Assembly (NCBI RefSeq): GCF_018350175.1
Contig: NC_058368.1
Location: forward strand, 125,242,001-125,306,000
Source: Felis catus
Taxonomy: Eukaryota
Length of the DNA stretch: 64,000 nucleotides
Reading direction: 5' to 3'
Shown here: one piece after another, positions 36,838 through 50,016 of the stretch
How the letters are laid out: the number at the start of each line of letters is the position of its first letter
How positions within the stretch are numbered: the stretch's first letter is position 1
Notes under the pieces: model-generated
What the model was told of the DNA's origin: nothing
The model's input: the letters and a program-made list of their open reading frames with translations, nothing else
The model's database searches: none
Made by a program: the position numbers and the translations under genes

Positions 36838-38112
36838 TTTTTTTTAAATAGGTTTCACACCTAACGTGGGGCTTTAACTCAAGACCTTGAGATAGAGTTG
36901 CATCCTCTACCGACTGAGCCAGCCACATGTCCCTTCACCTTCCTTCTTTATAGAATATTCTGTCTTTGCCCTGAAGGCTTCTTTGAGGAAAAAGCCACAT
37001 TATTTTTTGCTCTAGATGTCCAGGAATCCAGTTTTAGGAAAGTGAACTTAGTAGTCAGGAAGTATGTTGAGGTTTAAAGATAACATACCTGTTTGCTTGT
37101 CTGCTCCTTCTCTTCTGCCTTCTAATTTTGATTAATGATTGCTTATACACAAAAGTTTTCTTTATTTTTTTCTTGAACCTTCAGCTTTCCATGTGGGATC
37201 ATTTTTCGCCTGCCTATAGTACATTGTTTAGGATTTCCTTTAGTAACTTTCTTTTCATAGCTATTGATCTTTGAAAAGTTTCACTTCTGCCCTCTGCCAT
37301 GTGTGGCTTTTTCAAGTACAGGTCTGTAATCCAAGATTCAGGGGTGGATCAGTCCCATCCTCAGCTGTTAGGTTCCTTTGTGCACACTCAATAAAAGTTT
37401 TTTTCTTTACTTCTTCATAAATGTGGGTTGACATCACCCCTTGCTGATGATGGTGACTCTTTTCCTGTTGTATTTGTTTTCCTCCATTATAGTAATTTTA
37501 ACATAAGACCTACTTTAAGGTAAAGAAGGTAAACTTGTGTGCTTAATGGGCCATTTTGAACTGGAAGTGTGCTTATCAGCCATGTTTGAACTTGTTTAAT
37601 TGTGGTGTACTGATAGAAATGTCCTCTGTTTCAGCACTTGACTTTCTGAGACCTTGCAAAACTCTTACTGCCTTTTGCATTTCCCAGTATCAGTCATTAC
37701 TGATTCTTGAGATTCCTTTTAGCAATCTTTTTTTCCCCCAGTTTTATTCTCACCGTCATCATCTGTTTACCAGAATAATTGCAAAGCTTAAATGGTTTAG
37801 TGCTCTTTCCAGGGTTCTTTTTTCATCTGTGAGATCTTTCTTTCCCTTCTTCTTCTTCCTCTTCTTCTTCCTCTTCTTCTTCCTCTTCTTCTTCCTCTTC
37901 TCCTTTTTTTTTCCTTCACTTATTTTGACAGAGAGAGCACGCATGCGTCTGAGCAGGGGAGGGGCAGAAAGACAGGGAGAGAGAATCCTAAGCAGGCTCC
38001 ATGCTGTTAGCACAGTGCCTCTATGGGGGGCTCGATCCCATGAACTGTGAGATCATAACGTGAGCCAAAATCAAGAGTCAGACACTTAATCAACGGAGAC
38101 ACCCGGGCACCC
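36838..38112 (-). mobile_element. Antisense SINEs 36838-36933 and 37905-38112; the second has a (CTTCTTCTTCCT)n tail at about 37846-37905
   Basis: SINE cores and a pure pyrimidine 12-mer repeat. Confidence 0.85.
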
Positions 38113-39327
38113 TGAAATATCTTTATACTTAATTTTTGTTTTGTTGACTTAATTGTGTAAGTTCTTTAGAAAAGCTGTATATTGCTGATTTAATTTCTGT
38201 TTTTGTGTGACCAAAGATTTCTTTCTTAGCCTTTATTCCTTGGGCCTTGTAAGGCATCCAAGAAGTTGGAATATTTGCCTTAGTAGATTAGCCATGTGTT
38301 TAACTTTTAAGAGGATTTGCTCAGTTTGCTCTAGGTTCTTGTTCTTTTATACATCAGCAGTAAAATGAAGTAGCATACCAGCTCTATATTTTGAAGATTT
38401 TGAAGCCTCAGATGAAGTTTGAGAGTCTCTTCATGCCCCTATAAGTCCTTGTTTAGTTTTTGAGATGATCCAGTAGGAATTTTGGTTTGGTTTGTTTGAG
38501 GTGGGGCATCATCACAAACATTTAGGCAACTCAGCATGTCACAGGAACTTACTTAATACACAATGCTAATCTTGATTTAGATTTCCTAAGCTTTCTCCCC
38601 TTAATTCTTTTATTCTAAACTCTTCAACTATGAAACTGACACTTAGAGAATTTTTGTAAAGGAAGAAAGACATACTTCACCACAATAATTGTGAACATGC
38701 TCACGTGTAATACCTACACTAACTAAATTCTGGGATTAAAATTAAACTCTGTGGGCAGGTTTTCATATTTTAGCAATTGAATTTCTCTTGAGAAAACAGC
38801 TCTGTTAGCAATTATTCCTAGTACTATCTTCAGAAGAATTGAGTTTGTTACCCTATAACTTACATAATGCCTTCATTATAGTTAGATAGCCAGTAAATAT
38901 TTGAATGACTTGGTATTGTGAAAATAGAATTCTGTTTTTTATTAGTCACAACTTGAGTAGCAATTTAGAAATTGAGGGACTATAGTTCTTTGTTTATTGA
39001 TAGTAACTTTGTAAGTGAGATAAGAATGAGAAGGAGTTAGAAAAACTATTTTTTGAAAATGGAGAAGAGGAAAATATAATGTACTTTATATTCTAAGCCT
39101 TAGGAGACTAGAATGAAATTTGCAATTAAAAAATTTAATTAACGTTTTAGGCCAGTGTTCAGCTGAATTCATTTGTATTACTTGACATTGTGCAATCCTT
39201 GCTATATTCTGTTTATGTTTTAGCTTTATTTATGAAGCAGGAATATAGCTTATACTTATTTAGCTTAATTATTTTGTCCAGGAAGCAGCAATTATTTTTA
39301 AATATAATCAAGGATTGGATTATGCTG

Positions 39328-39331
<4 letters not shown>

Positions 39332-39375
<44 letters not shown>
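39332..39375 (+). repeat. (TG)22 microsatellite
   Basis: Perfect dinucleotide run ending 61 nt upstream of exon 7. Confidence 0.97.
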
Positions 39376-39376
<1 letters not shown>

Positions 39377-39436
39377 TTTAATTTTATGCTAAAATTTAAA
39401 CTGTATGTAACTCTTGCTCGTGCTTTATTTATGCAG

Positions 39437-39621
39437 AATATCCTCCGAATCCTAAATCTAGAGCTCCAAGGATGCTGGTCATTAAGAAAGGTAATACAAA
39501 AGACTTACAGCTATCTGGATTCCCAGTGGTAGGAAATCTTCAGTCACAACCAGTTAAGAACGGGACTGGTCCAAGTGTTTATAAAGGCTTAGTCCCTAAA
39601 CCTGCTGCTCCACCTACAAAA
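39437..39621 (+). CDS. GPBP1: GPBP1 exon 7 (EYPPNPKSRAPRMLVIKKG...PKPAAPPTK)
   Basis: atgcag|AA ... ACAAAA|gtaagt; 185 nt; phase 1 to 0. Confidence 0.96.
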
Positions 39622-40191
39622 GTAAGTTCTAAATTGTTTAAAATGTAAGTTTTAAGTTGGTACCAATTGGGTTACTTTGAGAATAGAATGTTAAAAAATT
39701 TTATACCAAAGTGGGAGGGGTTGTTGGTGGGATACTGACTTTAAAGTGGAAAGAGTTCACCCATTGTGTATCATTACTTTTAATTATCTTTTAAATGATG
39801 TGTGTGTTTGCTCATGTATGTGTTTTCTTATATTATTGGTAGTAAATCTATAAAATTTTGTTTTGCTAAATATAGTACATAGTGCTGTTTCCTTGGTGTT
39901 CAGTTTTAGGTTTTTGGAACTCGTACTTGTGTTTTCTTGATATTAGGCAAAACAAACCTGACTTTAGGTTTGTAAGACCTTGTAAAAATAGTAATGTAGT
40001 CAGATGTTTTTTGTCTAAATACCAGGCTTTGATTTTAGTTGTAGAAAAAGAAGAGAAATATGTAGGAATGATTAAGATGTAATACAATAATTATTTTTAT
40101 GAGTCCCACACAGTCATCTGTATTGTGTTCACTTTTTCTCCTCTGAATAATCTGTTTTTGATAGACATTAATGTTTGATGTTTTCCTCTAG

Positions 40192-40332
40192 CCTACTCAA
40201 TGGAAAAGCCAAACTAAAGAAAATAAAGTTGGGACTTCTTTCCCTCATGAGTCTACATATGGTGTTGGCAACTTCAATGCTTTTAAATCAGCTGCCAAGA
40301 ATTTTAGCCCATCAACAACTTCAGTGAAAGAG
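40192..40332 (+). CDS. GPBP1: GPBP1 exon 8 (PTQWKSQTKENK...STTSVKE)
   Basis: ttttcctctag|CCT ... GAG|gtatgt; 141 nt. Confidence 0.96.
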
Positions 40333-40548
40333 GTATGTTATTTAAAATTATTCCTGAGGAATGCAACATATCTTAATCATACAGTATAATAGTGAACAAA
40401 AGGCATAGATTCATTAAATGAATACATTAAAATGAGATATTTTAGTTCTTCCCTAAAACTTGATTCAAGTACTTTGCTCTTTGCTAATCAGTTTTGCACT
40501 TTTAAGTATGGATAATTTAAATATATATTTAAAAGTTTATTAAAAAAT

Positions 40549-42300
40549 TTTTTTTAATGTTTGTTTATTATTCAGAGACAGAGCATGAGCATGGGAGGGG
40601 CTGAGAGACGGGGAGACAGAATGTGAAGCTGGCTCCAGGCTCTGAGCTGTCAGAACAGAGCCTGATGTGGGGCTTGAACTCACAAACTGAGATGATGACC
40701 TGAGCTGAAGTGGGATGCTTAACTGACAGCCACCCAGGCACCCCTCTTAATGTATTTTTGAGAGAGCACAAGCAGGGAAGGGTCAGAGAGAGGGGGAGAC
40801 ACAGAATCCAAAGCAGGCTCCAGGCTCTGAGTTGTTAGCACAGAGCCCGATGCGAGGCTTGAACCAATGAACCATGAGGTCATGACCTGAGTGGAAATCA
40901 AGAGTTGGACACCCAACCCATTGAACCACCTAGGCTTCCCATTGCCACAAATAATTTTTAAGGAAAGGATTATGACAGTTGCAGTTTTGACACTTGTGTT
41001 AAGAGTTAGGCTATGCTGTAGGATTGAACTTTGACTGAAAATGAGGATTTGTATTATATAATCTTCCATTGGGTATGATGGACATTTCATTATTTTATTA
41101 ACATGTTTTATTAGTGTTAACACTTAAGGGGCAAGAGAGGAGAAGAGGGAGGGGAAGGTGCATATTGTTACTTTATGGACTTAATATGCCTGGTAGCTTA
41201 AGTATTTTTTTGTCATTTGGCCAGGTTTCTGAAACTTCTAGACCATCGAGTTCTCTGATTAGTTGAGGGTCAAAAGACACTTGTGACTATGTTGCTACAT
41301 TTGAAATTGCTCTCAGTACTTTGTTGGAACATCATAGCCCGTCATAATCATAGAAATTTAGAACTGGAATGAAGGGACCAGCATTCATAGCTGGTAATTG
41401 TGGCTTAGATTCCTTATAGTTTGTAGATAGTGTTGCCAATAGTTAAGCATTACGGTAGTTTTCCATGGCTACAAATTTTTGTGACACGGAGTTGTAACAT
41501 TTTATTTTCTAATGTATAACACTGTCAGAACCCCCAAAACAAAAGGACTCTAGTACAGGTCTCTCCCTACCTCCCTCCTGCCCAACCACAAATATTTTCC
41601 TTGGTGAAATCCTACCTGATAAACCCTCTGTGTATCTGTGTGTAAATAATTATAAAATAGATTTTATTGGAACTATTTTTAGGACCCTAAAACTGAGGAA
41701 CACAGTTTTAAAAACCACTCATATGTATTTTAGGCATATTTAAATAGCTTTAGAATATTTTATAAAATTGTATTTAAACTCTTAATTTAGGGGGCACCTG
41801 GGCAGCTCATTCAGTTAAGCATCTGGCTCTTGATTTTGGCTCACATCATGATGTCATGGTCGGGCTCTGTGTTGGGTGTGGAGCCTGCTTTAGATTCTTT
41901 CTCTCCCTCTCCCCACACCCTGCTTGCACACATGCCTTCTCTGTGTCTCTCAAAAAAAAGTAATTAAAAAAAACCCTCTTAATTTAAAACAGTAGTTTTT
42001 ACTATTGCCAGACCTTAATTGTTTTATGCTATAACAAAATCGTTTTGTTTTTGTTTTGTTTTTTTTAAAGAAAAGTCTTTTGGGGCACCTGGGGGGCCGA
42101 GTCGGTTGAGTGTCCCACTTCAGCTCAGGTCATGATCTCGCGGTTCGTGAGTTCAGGCCTCACATCAGGCTCTGCCAACAACTAAGGGCCTGGACCCTGC
42201 TTCGGATTCTGTGTCTCCCTCTCTCTTTGCCGCTCCCCTGCTCACGCTCTGTCTCCCTGTCTCTCAAAAATGAATAAATGTTAAAAAAAAATTTATAAAA
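40549..42300. mobile_element. SINEs in the intron after exon 8: 40549-40744 (-), 40748-40940 (-), 41790-41975 (+), 42082-42300 (+)
   Basis: SINE cores. Confidence 0.9.
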
Positions 42301-42477
42301 GAAGAAAGAAAATCTGTTCATTCACTGGGGTAGATAAAACATACAGGTATAGAAGAAAATAGACTTAAAATCAGTTTTGTATTGTGAATAAAGATGAAAT
42401 AGGAAGTTGTGGTAGTTGTGAACTTTATATTGATATGCTTTGTCTACATGTTTATTAATATTTCTGAATTTTTCTAG

Positions 42478-42645
42478 TGTAATCGCTCAAATTCCTCTTC
42501 ACCTGTCGACAAACTTAATCAGCAACCTCGTCTAACCAAACTGACACGTATGCGCACTGATAAGAAGAGTGAATTTTTGAAAGCATTGAAAAGGGATAGA
42601 GTAGAAGAGGAACACGAAGATGAAAGTCATGTTGGCTCAGAGAAG
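42478..42645 (+). CDS. GPBP1: GPBP1 exon 9 (CNRSNSSSPVDKLNQQPRLTKLTRMRTDKKSEFLKALK...GSEK)
   Basis: tttttctag|TGT ... AAG|gtaatt; 168 nt. Confidence 0.96.
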
Positions 42646-43091
42646 GTAATTGAACTTGTAGTAACTCTTGGTTTGACATTAACATGTCATTGAACTATTT
42701 AGACAAATAATCATTTAAGACCTTTGAATAAACTTTATCAAAATAAATCATCTTCCTGAAAGCAACGCTAGTTTGTTTATTTGCATAAAGAATGACTTCC
42801 TTTCTGAAGCAGTTTTTGCTCATTCTGGTGTTCCTGTGCAAAAATGTTTTCTTCTGTTTTCCACATTGCCTATCTTCATCCTTTTGATTTGCCTTTGTTG
42901 AATAGTCATGAAGAAATAGTTGGGAAGCTTTGGGGTATCCTTCACAGCTTAAGTTTACATGGTCTGAGAATGTCTCCTAAATTTAATGATAACATTTATG
43001 TATTGTCTGGAAATGTAACAAGAGTCTATTAAAATTTTTAGCAATTGTATTCTCTATCTCATTCTTTTTTTTTTAACTCCCCCTAAACCAG

Positions 43092-43279
43092 GATGACGAC
43101 TCATTTAATTTGCATAACAGCAATAGTACTCACCAAGAAAGGGATATAAACCGAAACTTCGATGAAAATGAAATTCCACAAGAGAATGGCAATGCCTCAG
43201 TAATCTCCCAGCAGATCATTCGGTCTTCAACCTTCCCACAAACTGATGTTCTTTCAAGTTCGCTTGAGGCAGAACACAG
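43092..43279 (+). CDS. GPBP1: GPBP1 exon 10 (DDDSFNLHNSN...SSSLEAEH-R)
   Basis: ccctaaaccag|GAT ... CACAG|gttagt; 188 nt; overlaps supplied ORF 43110..43328. Confidence 0.96.
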
Positions 43280-43354
43280 GTTAGTATTCATTTTTATTCT
43301 TTTCTTTGTGTTCTTTACAGGATTTTGATATTAGTATGGAAACGTTGTGATCTA

Positions 43355-44450
43355 TTTAACAGTTTCATTGAGTTATTTACCACAAATTTCCCCCATTTTA
43401 AGTGTACAATTGTATGATTTTTGGTATATTCAAAGTTGTGCAACTGTCAACACAATCAGCTCCACTAAGAGAAATCTGTGCTCACTTGCATTTATTCCTC
43501 TCTTTTTTCTGTGTCCGAGGTAACCACCAGTCTCCTTTCTGTATCTATAGATTTGCCTTTGCTGGATATTTTATAGAAGTAAAACCATACTTTGGTGTTT
43601 TATGTCTGGTTTCTTTAAGTTAGCATATGCTTTCAAGATTCATATTGTAGCATGTGTCACTATCTTTATTCACAGTGCACTATATGGTTCTATCACATTT
43701 TGTTCATTAATTTTAATGAGAATTGAGTTGTTTGTACTTATTGATGGTGCTGCTCTGAACATTCATGTACAAGTGTTTGTACTGACATGTTTTTAGTCCT
43801 TTTGGTGGTAGATATTGGGAGTGGAATTGATATGTTTAACATTTTGAGACTGCCAAACTATTTTCCAAAATGACTGTACTGTTTTCCATTCTCATCAGCA
43901 TTATATGAAGGTTCCAGTTTCTCCATATTCTCACCAACATTTGTTACCATCTGCCTGTAATTTAGCCATTCTTTTTTTTTCTAATTTTTTTTTTAAGTTT
44001 TATTTGAGAGAGAGAGCACAAGTGGGTAGCCATGAGATCATGACCTGAGCTGGCCCCTAGAGTCAGATACTTAACCAACCGAGCCATCTAGGTATCCCTA
44101 ATTTAGCCATTGTAATGGAAATGAAATGAAGTGCTATCTTTTTGTGGTATCTTTAATATGTGGATAATAAGAGGTATCTTTAATACGCATTTCCCTTAAA
44201 ACTGACAGTGATGAACATCTTTTCAAGTACTTATTAGCCATTTGTATGTCTTTTTTGAAGAAACTTCTGTTGAAATTCTTTGTCCATGTTTAAAGTATTT
44301 GTCTAATTGTAAACATTCTTTATATATTTTGAATATAAGTCCTGAATCATAGGCATAATTTGCAGGTATCTTTTCCTATTGTGAGTTGTCTTTTCACTGT
44401 CTCAGTGGTACTGTTTGAAATAAAAAACTTTTGATGAAGCCCTTTTACCA
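43355..44450 (-). mobile_element. Old L1M 3' region with an embedded deleted SINE (43972-44098)
   Basis: cccatttaagtgtacaatt..., gaacattcatgtacaagtgtttgt and ctcaccaacatttgtta; SINE TSD taatttagccatt. Confidence 0.8.
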
Positions 44451-44954
44451 GTTTGTGTGTGTGTGTGTGAGAGTGAGTGAGTGAGTGTTTGTCCTGCCTC
44501 CCCCCTTACTCTCCCGGCCTTCCCATAACTCTATAGTTAAGAACAGGTATTTTTTGTAGAAATGCCTTACCCTTCATGTGGTCTTGAAATAAACCACATG
44601 GTTTAGCATTAGTAAATGAAAGATTTGTAGACTTCTGCTTAATTGCTTTTGATTGTTTTGTTTGTTTTAATTTGAAAAGAAGACTTTAGTTGTGTTACAG
44701 AAATACACTTCAACTGATGTAACTCCTCCATGAAGGGAGAAATTATGGCACCAAAACTTAAGCTCTTCTGCCATAGATACTAGGATTATTTTAGATTACT
44801 GTTCAGTCTACAGTTTTCATTTTTATAAGCTTGATTCCATACATATTTATGCAGTTTGCCAATACAACTTCTAAAGCAAGAAAATGCTAATATATGCAGT
44901 TATATCATCGTGTATTAGTCTGCAACTGCCTTGTGTAAGATGAAATTTAAAAAA

Positions 44955-45294
44955 TTTTGTTTATTTTACTTTGAGGGGGAGAGACAGTTGGGCCGGAAGG
45001 GGCAGAGAGAGAGAGTGAGAAATTCCCAAGTAGACTCTGTGCTGTCAGCAGAAAGTCCGATGAGGGGCTCGAACTCAGGAACCTGCAGATCATGACCTGA
45101 CCCAAACAAAACCAAGGGTCTGACGCTCAACTGACTGAGCCACCCAGGTGCCCCAGTTGTCAGGTTTCATTATATCATCAAGATAGTTTGAATGGCTATC
45201 AGTTGAATGGCTCCAACTGATAGATTTGTGGTATCATGACTTGAGCAGAAGTCAGGAGCCGGACATCTAACCAGCTGAGCCACCCAGGTGCCCT
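44955..45294 (-). mobile_element. Rearranged Can-SINE with two head segments and an inserted copy of the 47.7-kb flank
   Basis: Two gccacccaggtgccc ends (about 45154 and 45294) but only one tail. Confidence 0.8.
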
Positions 45295-47014
45295 TGAATT
45301 GTTGTAGACTAAAAATTCTTAACACCTTCTGGGACCAGGCTAAGTGTCAAGTGATACTTGTTAACTGCCTTAGTGATCAACTTGACTTTGTGTTTGGTTT
45401 AATGCCATTTCTCAGAGAATTTCATTTAATTCTAAGACAAGGGGAAGTGGGCTATACCTACTGTGGAATAACTTAAAAATTTATATTAAATACTCCTTTA
45501 AGTCTTTGGTCTTTTTGGCCCAGTTCATTATTATTTATTGTCCTGATGATTTTGGTTCCCTTTTACCAAAGTATGTTCTGCTCTTTTTAGATGCAGCTGT
45601 AACTATTGTATATTAGAATACAGGCATTTGTTTTGATTTTTAAATCCCATACTAACTTGGACTTCATTTTTCCTTAAAATAATTTAATTGGCTGATGATC
45701 AATGCAAATGCCCTTTTGATGAGAGTTAATTTAGCTAGATGAATTTCGAGCTGACTTAACTAGGTAATATCTATAAATTTCCTTGTTTGGGCAAACTATA
45801 TTTTATTACTGTACATTTAGTATGAATGGATCAGTAACTACACTTTTTATTCCCACCCCAGTTGTAGAATTCCCGTTTACCTCATACTATATAGATTGTG
45901 ACTGAGATTAGGCTGAGTAATGTCTGCAATGTCCTGTGATGCAGAAAATAATAGTAAGCATTAATTCCTTTTTTAGAAGATAGGCATAAGTAGACATTCC
46001 AGTATTTTTTCCCATTATTCTAGTATATCATCGTATATACCCCCTTTGAAGCTACTGGTCTGTAGTATAGGTATAATTTGTGACACAATTTCTCTATCAG
46101 GGATCCCTCTCTCTGTTTCTCTTTTATAAGTAGTGCTGGTGCGATCATCCTTGTATTTATATCCGTAAACATTTGTATAAGTGTGTATAAAACATTACTA
46201 GGAATGAAGTTGATTGGTCACATGGGCACACCTAATTAGACTCTGCTTTGTTAGTACCCAAAGATGTTTTTTCCACTTTCCATTTTTACCAGTAGTCCTT
46301 TAAATATTTCTACTCAGTTGATAGAAAAGAAGTCTTGTCCATAGAAAGGAAAGTATACAAACCAGACATTCTAATGATAGTAAAAGATAAGTTTTATTTT
46401 AGGGGAGATACAGTATAGGCGATAAAATAAAGGTAAATTATTTACCTATAAAATCTCTTAAGACTGTGGTAAAAAAAAGTTGAAACTTAATGCCTTTTGG
46501 TTTTTATTTATGCCTTCAGTTTTTTGTAGCAAAAGAAAGTTGAGCCATACTTGTTTGAAAATATTCTTGATAACCCTGATACCTATAATGAGTGTATTAA
46601 TTTTAACACTTCATTATTATTTCTTCATTTGCAGACCTATTTAGTGTAGGAAGTATTTTGGTGGTTTCTTTGATTCATGAAGACTCCGGAAAGAGAGATT
46701 TGAAGTTCCACACCTCAATACAGTTTGGTCCTCTGGTGGTGATTAACAGGAGAAAATGGAGAGAATAGGGTTTAGGAACCAAGCTAAATAGAGCAAGAAG
46801 AGAACATTCTAAATTGGAATAAGCTGTAGCGGGGATGGGTGGGAACCCATGCTGCATAGGGAGATTATCAATGATGACTACTTAAATGAATATTTCATTA
46901 TATATATGTCTTTTTTTTAAGATCTAATATTATTTTGTGGAAATGTTGTGTGTTCTAAAAAGAATTCCAAGTCAGTAAAAAGAAGTAAACCTACTACTAC
47001 TTTGGAAACATTTT

Positions 47015-47544
47015 AACTTTTTGAAATGTTTATTCATTTTTGAGAGGGTGAGTGGGGGAGGGTCAGAGGATCCCATGTGGGCTTGGTGCAGTGAGCCCAA
47101 TCCAGGGATTGATCTCCTGAACCTTGAGATCATGACCTGAGTGGAAGCCAGAATTTTTTAGCTTGAGTTTTCTTTCTGCTTAATATAGTATATGTTGTGT
47201 ATGTGTTCCACAGATGATATATTAATACATTTTTTAGGTAACAAAGTTAATGGCTTCTTCTAGATGTGGGGTTTTATTTCTTTGAAAAGGAGGTGGTATT
47301 TCTTTTCCATGGCTTTAGATTTCCTGTAAACTTTGGTTCTTAAGTTGTGTGCATATTAAGTACTTACATTAATTGAATTTAACAAACCAGGTGTCAGCGA
47401 TACAGATCACAAGGATGAAGATTGTGTTGCTCACATGTGTAAACTAAAATATAAAATGAAAAGTTACAGAAAATGTAAAATAGGAAAAATACGGTATTTT
47501 TAATTTGGTGTCAAGTTTCTTAATTACTTTTTTAAGTTTATTTA

Positions 47545-47607
<63 letters not shown>

Positions 47608-47768
47608 TGTGAATGGGGGAAGGGGAGAGGGAGAGAGAGAATCCCAAGCAGGGTCTGTGCTGTTAGAACAGGGCCACATGTGGCGCTTGAACTCAGAAAC
47701 TGTGAGATCATGACCTGAGACAAAACCAAGAGTTGGATGCTCCACCAACTTAGCCACCCAGGTGCCCC
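47015..47768 (-). mobile_element. Antisense SINEs 47015-47150 (partial) and 47530-47768 with expanded (GA)n at 47549-47600
   Basis: TSD tgtcaagtttc at 47509-47519 and 47772-47782. Confidence 0.9.
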
Positions 47769-49132
47769 AGTTGTCAAGTTTCAATATATCATCCAGATAG
47801 TGAAGATAGCTTGAATGTTAGAGGGGGTAATTGTTGTTAAAAGCATCAAATGAATTAGCACAAATGAGTGCCAGAGAAATTCAGGGGGAGTTTGGGGTAA
47901 ATCTCATAGCTTGAGTACCAGTCAGTTGTAATTCAGAGCTAAAGTAAATCTTTAAAGGTGAAACATTATCTTATTAATGTGGATAACTGGATAGTCATTT
48001 TGGAAGAAGAGGGTGTGAAGGGATGTTTAGGGTTGAATACATAACCTCATTTGTTTTAGGAGCAAGGAGTGGAGTATCTTGACAGGAGAGTATAGTCCTT
48101 AATGGAATTAGAGATGATGTTGAAGAGGCAGGGCCTTCCAGATTAGTCAAGCACTGTCATTGCTTCAGATGAAGAAATAGCTCAGGGAAGTGAAGGAATT
48201 TACCTTTGTTCTTTACCTGTTTGTGGCCCAAGTCTTCTGCTTCTAAACCTATACTTTTTCTAATGTAAGGAATTTGAATTTGTGGTCATGGTGTTAAAGT
48301 TAAGGAGTTTGTTCTTGAGGAAGTGGAAAGCCATTAGAAACACTTAGTATGTAGTTTTTGTGAAAGTGGTGTAAGGGTGATTTGGTAGTAGTTTGAAAGA
48401 GCACAAGGAGAAACGCTAATGAGAAGTAAAGGTACAAATAACAGTCACAGTATATTCCTAACTGTGGGGAAAATTATTTGTTTCGAAAGCTATTTCAGGA
48501 ACAGTTAACAGTTACACCCTCTGGAAGCGGAAAGATGTGAGAATGGACATTTAGGAATACTTGTCTTTTATACAATTTGAAATAACTTGTTTTGTTTGCA
48601 TTATTGTTTGGTTAACATGCAGTTTTTAATAGTGAAACAAGTGAGTATCTAGCAAAAGTAGTTAGATTGCTTTACCAATCTAAATATGTAGACTCTGGAC
48701 TGGATGGCATTGGGAATGAAAATACCATTCCACAGGGAAGCCATCTAGGTTAAAGAGTGAAGACTGTGTTGGAAAAGAAGTGTTAAGTGATTAAAAGGAT
48801 AGTAATTAACGATGATTATGACATTTTGGTCTAGAGGGTTTGGTACAATATATACTAACTTGGGAAGCTGGAAACCAGAATTCTGTTTCCTTCTTTGCTG
48901 TCAGGTAGGCAAATTATTTTACTTCAGTGATCTTGATCTTTTTACATGTAGAATATGAGTGTAGTGTTAAATTTTATTCGGATTCTCTGAACATTGATAT
49001 TCTGAGATTATTTGAAAAGGTACAGGACTCTTGTGGCAGGCTCAAGTTGAAAGATGGGTAGTCATAGATAGAGTAACAAATATTTAAGAGACATAATTAT
49101 TAGAAAACAAATTATTAACAGACCAATACATG

Positions 49133-49133
<1 letters not shown>

Positions 49134-49181
<48 letters not shown>
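49134..49181. repeat. (TA)24 microsatellite
   Basis: Perfect TA run. Confidence 0.97.
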
Positions 49182-49187
<6 letters not shown>

Positions 49188-49913
49188 AGGCTGAAACTTT
49201 GAAATTGTTGAGTCAGATGCATCAGCTATGACTATGGTGGTGGTGTTTACCTGAGTGGAGAAAGTGGTTGGTTCCCCCTCTCTCCCCTTTGCGATTTTCT
49301 TTGCCTAAGATGGAGGTATTTTCTTTAAAACATGGAAGGAAAAGAGAATAACCTTATGATTTTACATATTTGGATCCTAGTTAAGAGTGTTTAAAAAAGT
49401 TGTCTTTCTGTTATTGTAGAGCATAATGCCAGTTTCAAATTGAATTATGTGTTAAGGTTGATTACAGGTGGTATCAACAGAAAAATACAGTATAAAATGC
49501 AAAGTAGGGGGTTACATAACTCAGTCTTTTGTCTTCAAAGTAAAAAACTTAATGAGTAGCTAAGAATGTGATGGATTGTTGTGGTGTTAAGGAAAATGAG
49601 GAGTATTGCTTTTACTTTTAGTGTAAGAATTTAGCAAAATTTTTTCAGTGTCTAGAGACCCTTTTGCAAATTTCCAGCCTAGAGAACCTCTGACAACAAG
49701 GTAAAGCAATTGTGCAATTTATTCTGAAGCTTATTGGGGTTTAACCTTACTGGTTCATTTTCAGAAAGATTCAAAAACAGAGTAAAAAGGCTCTTTATGT
49801 ATTTTGAGGACTGTGTGTAATGGATCTGGATGGTGTTTTCTTGCACATAATATAAGTGGAATTATCTTACTTGGGAGAAGCTCTCATTTACTTATTTCCT
49901 GTCCTCTTTTCAG

Positions 49914-50016
49914 ATTATTAAAGGAGATGGGCTGGCAAGAAGACAGTGAAAATGATGAAACGTGTGCTCCCTTAACTGAGGATGAAATGAGAGAATTCCA
50001 AGTTATTAGTGAACAG
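49914..50016 (+). CDS. GPBP1: GPBP1 exon 11 (LLKEMGWQEDSENDETCAPLTEDEMREFQVISEQ)
   Basis: ctcttttcag|A ... CAG|gtaaga; 103 nt; lies inside supplied ORF 49804..50097. Confidence 0.96.

Noticed and set aside
37556..38050. Longest supplied ORF (164 aa) and its antisense Lys/Arg-rich partner
   Set aside because: Open only because of the CTT/CCT repeat and the adjoining SINE.
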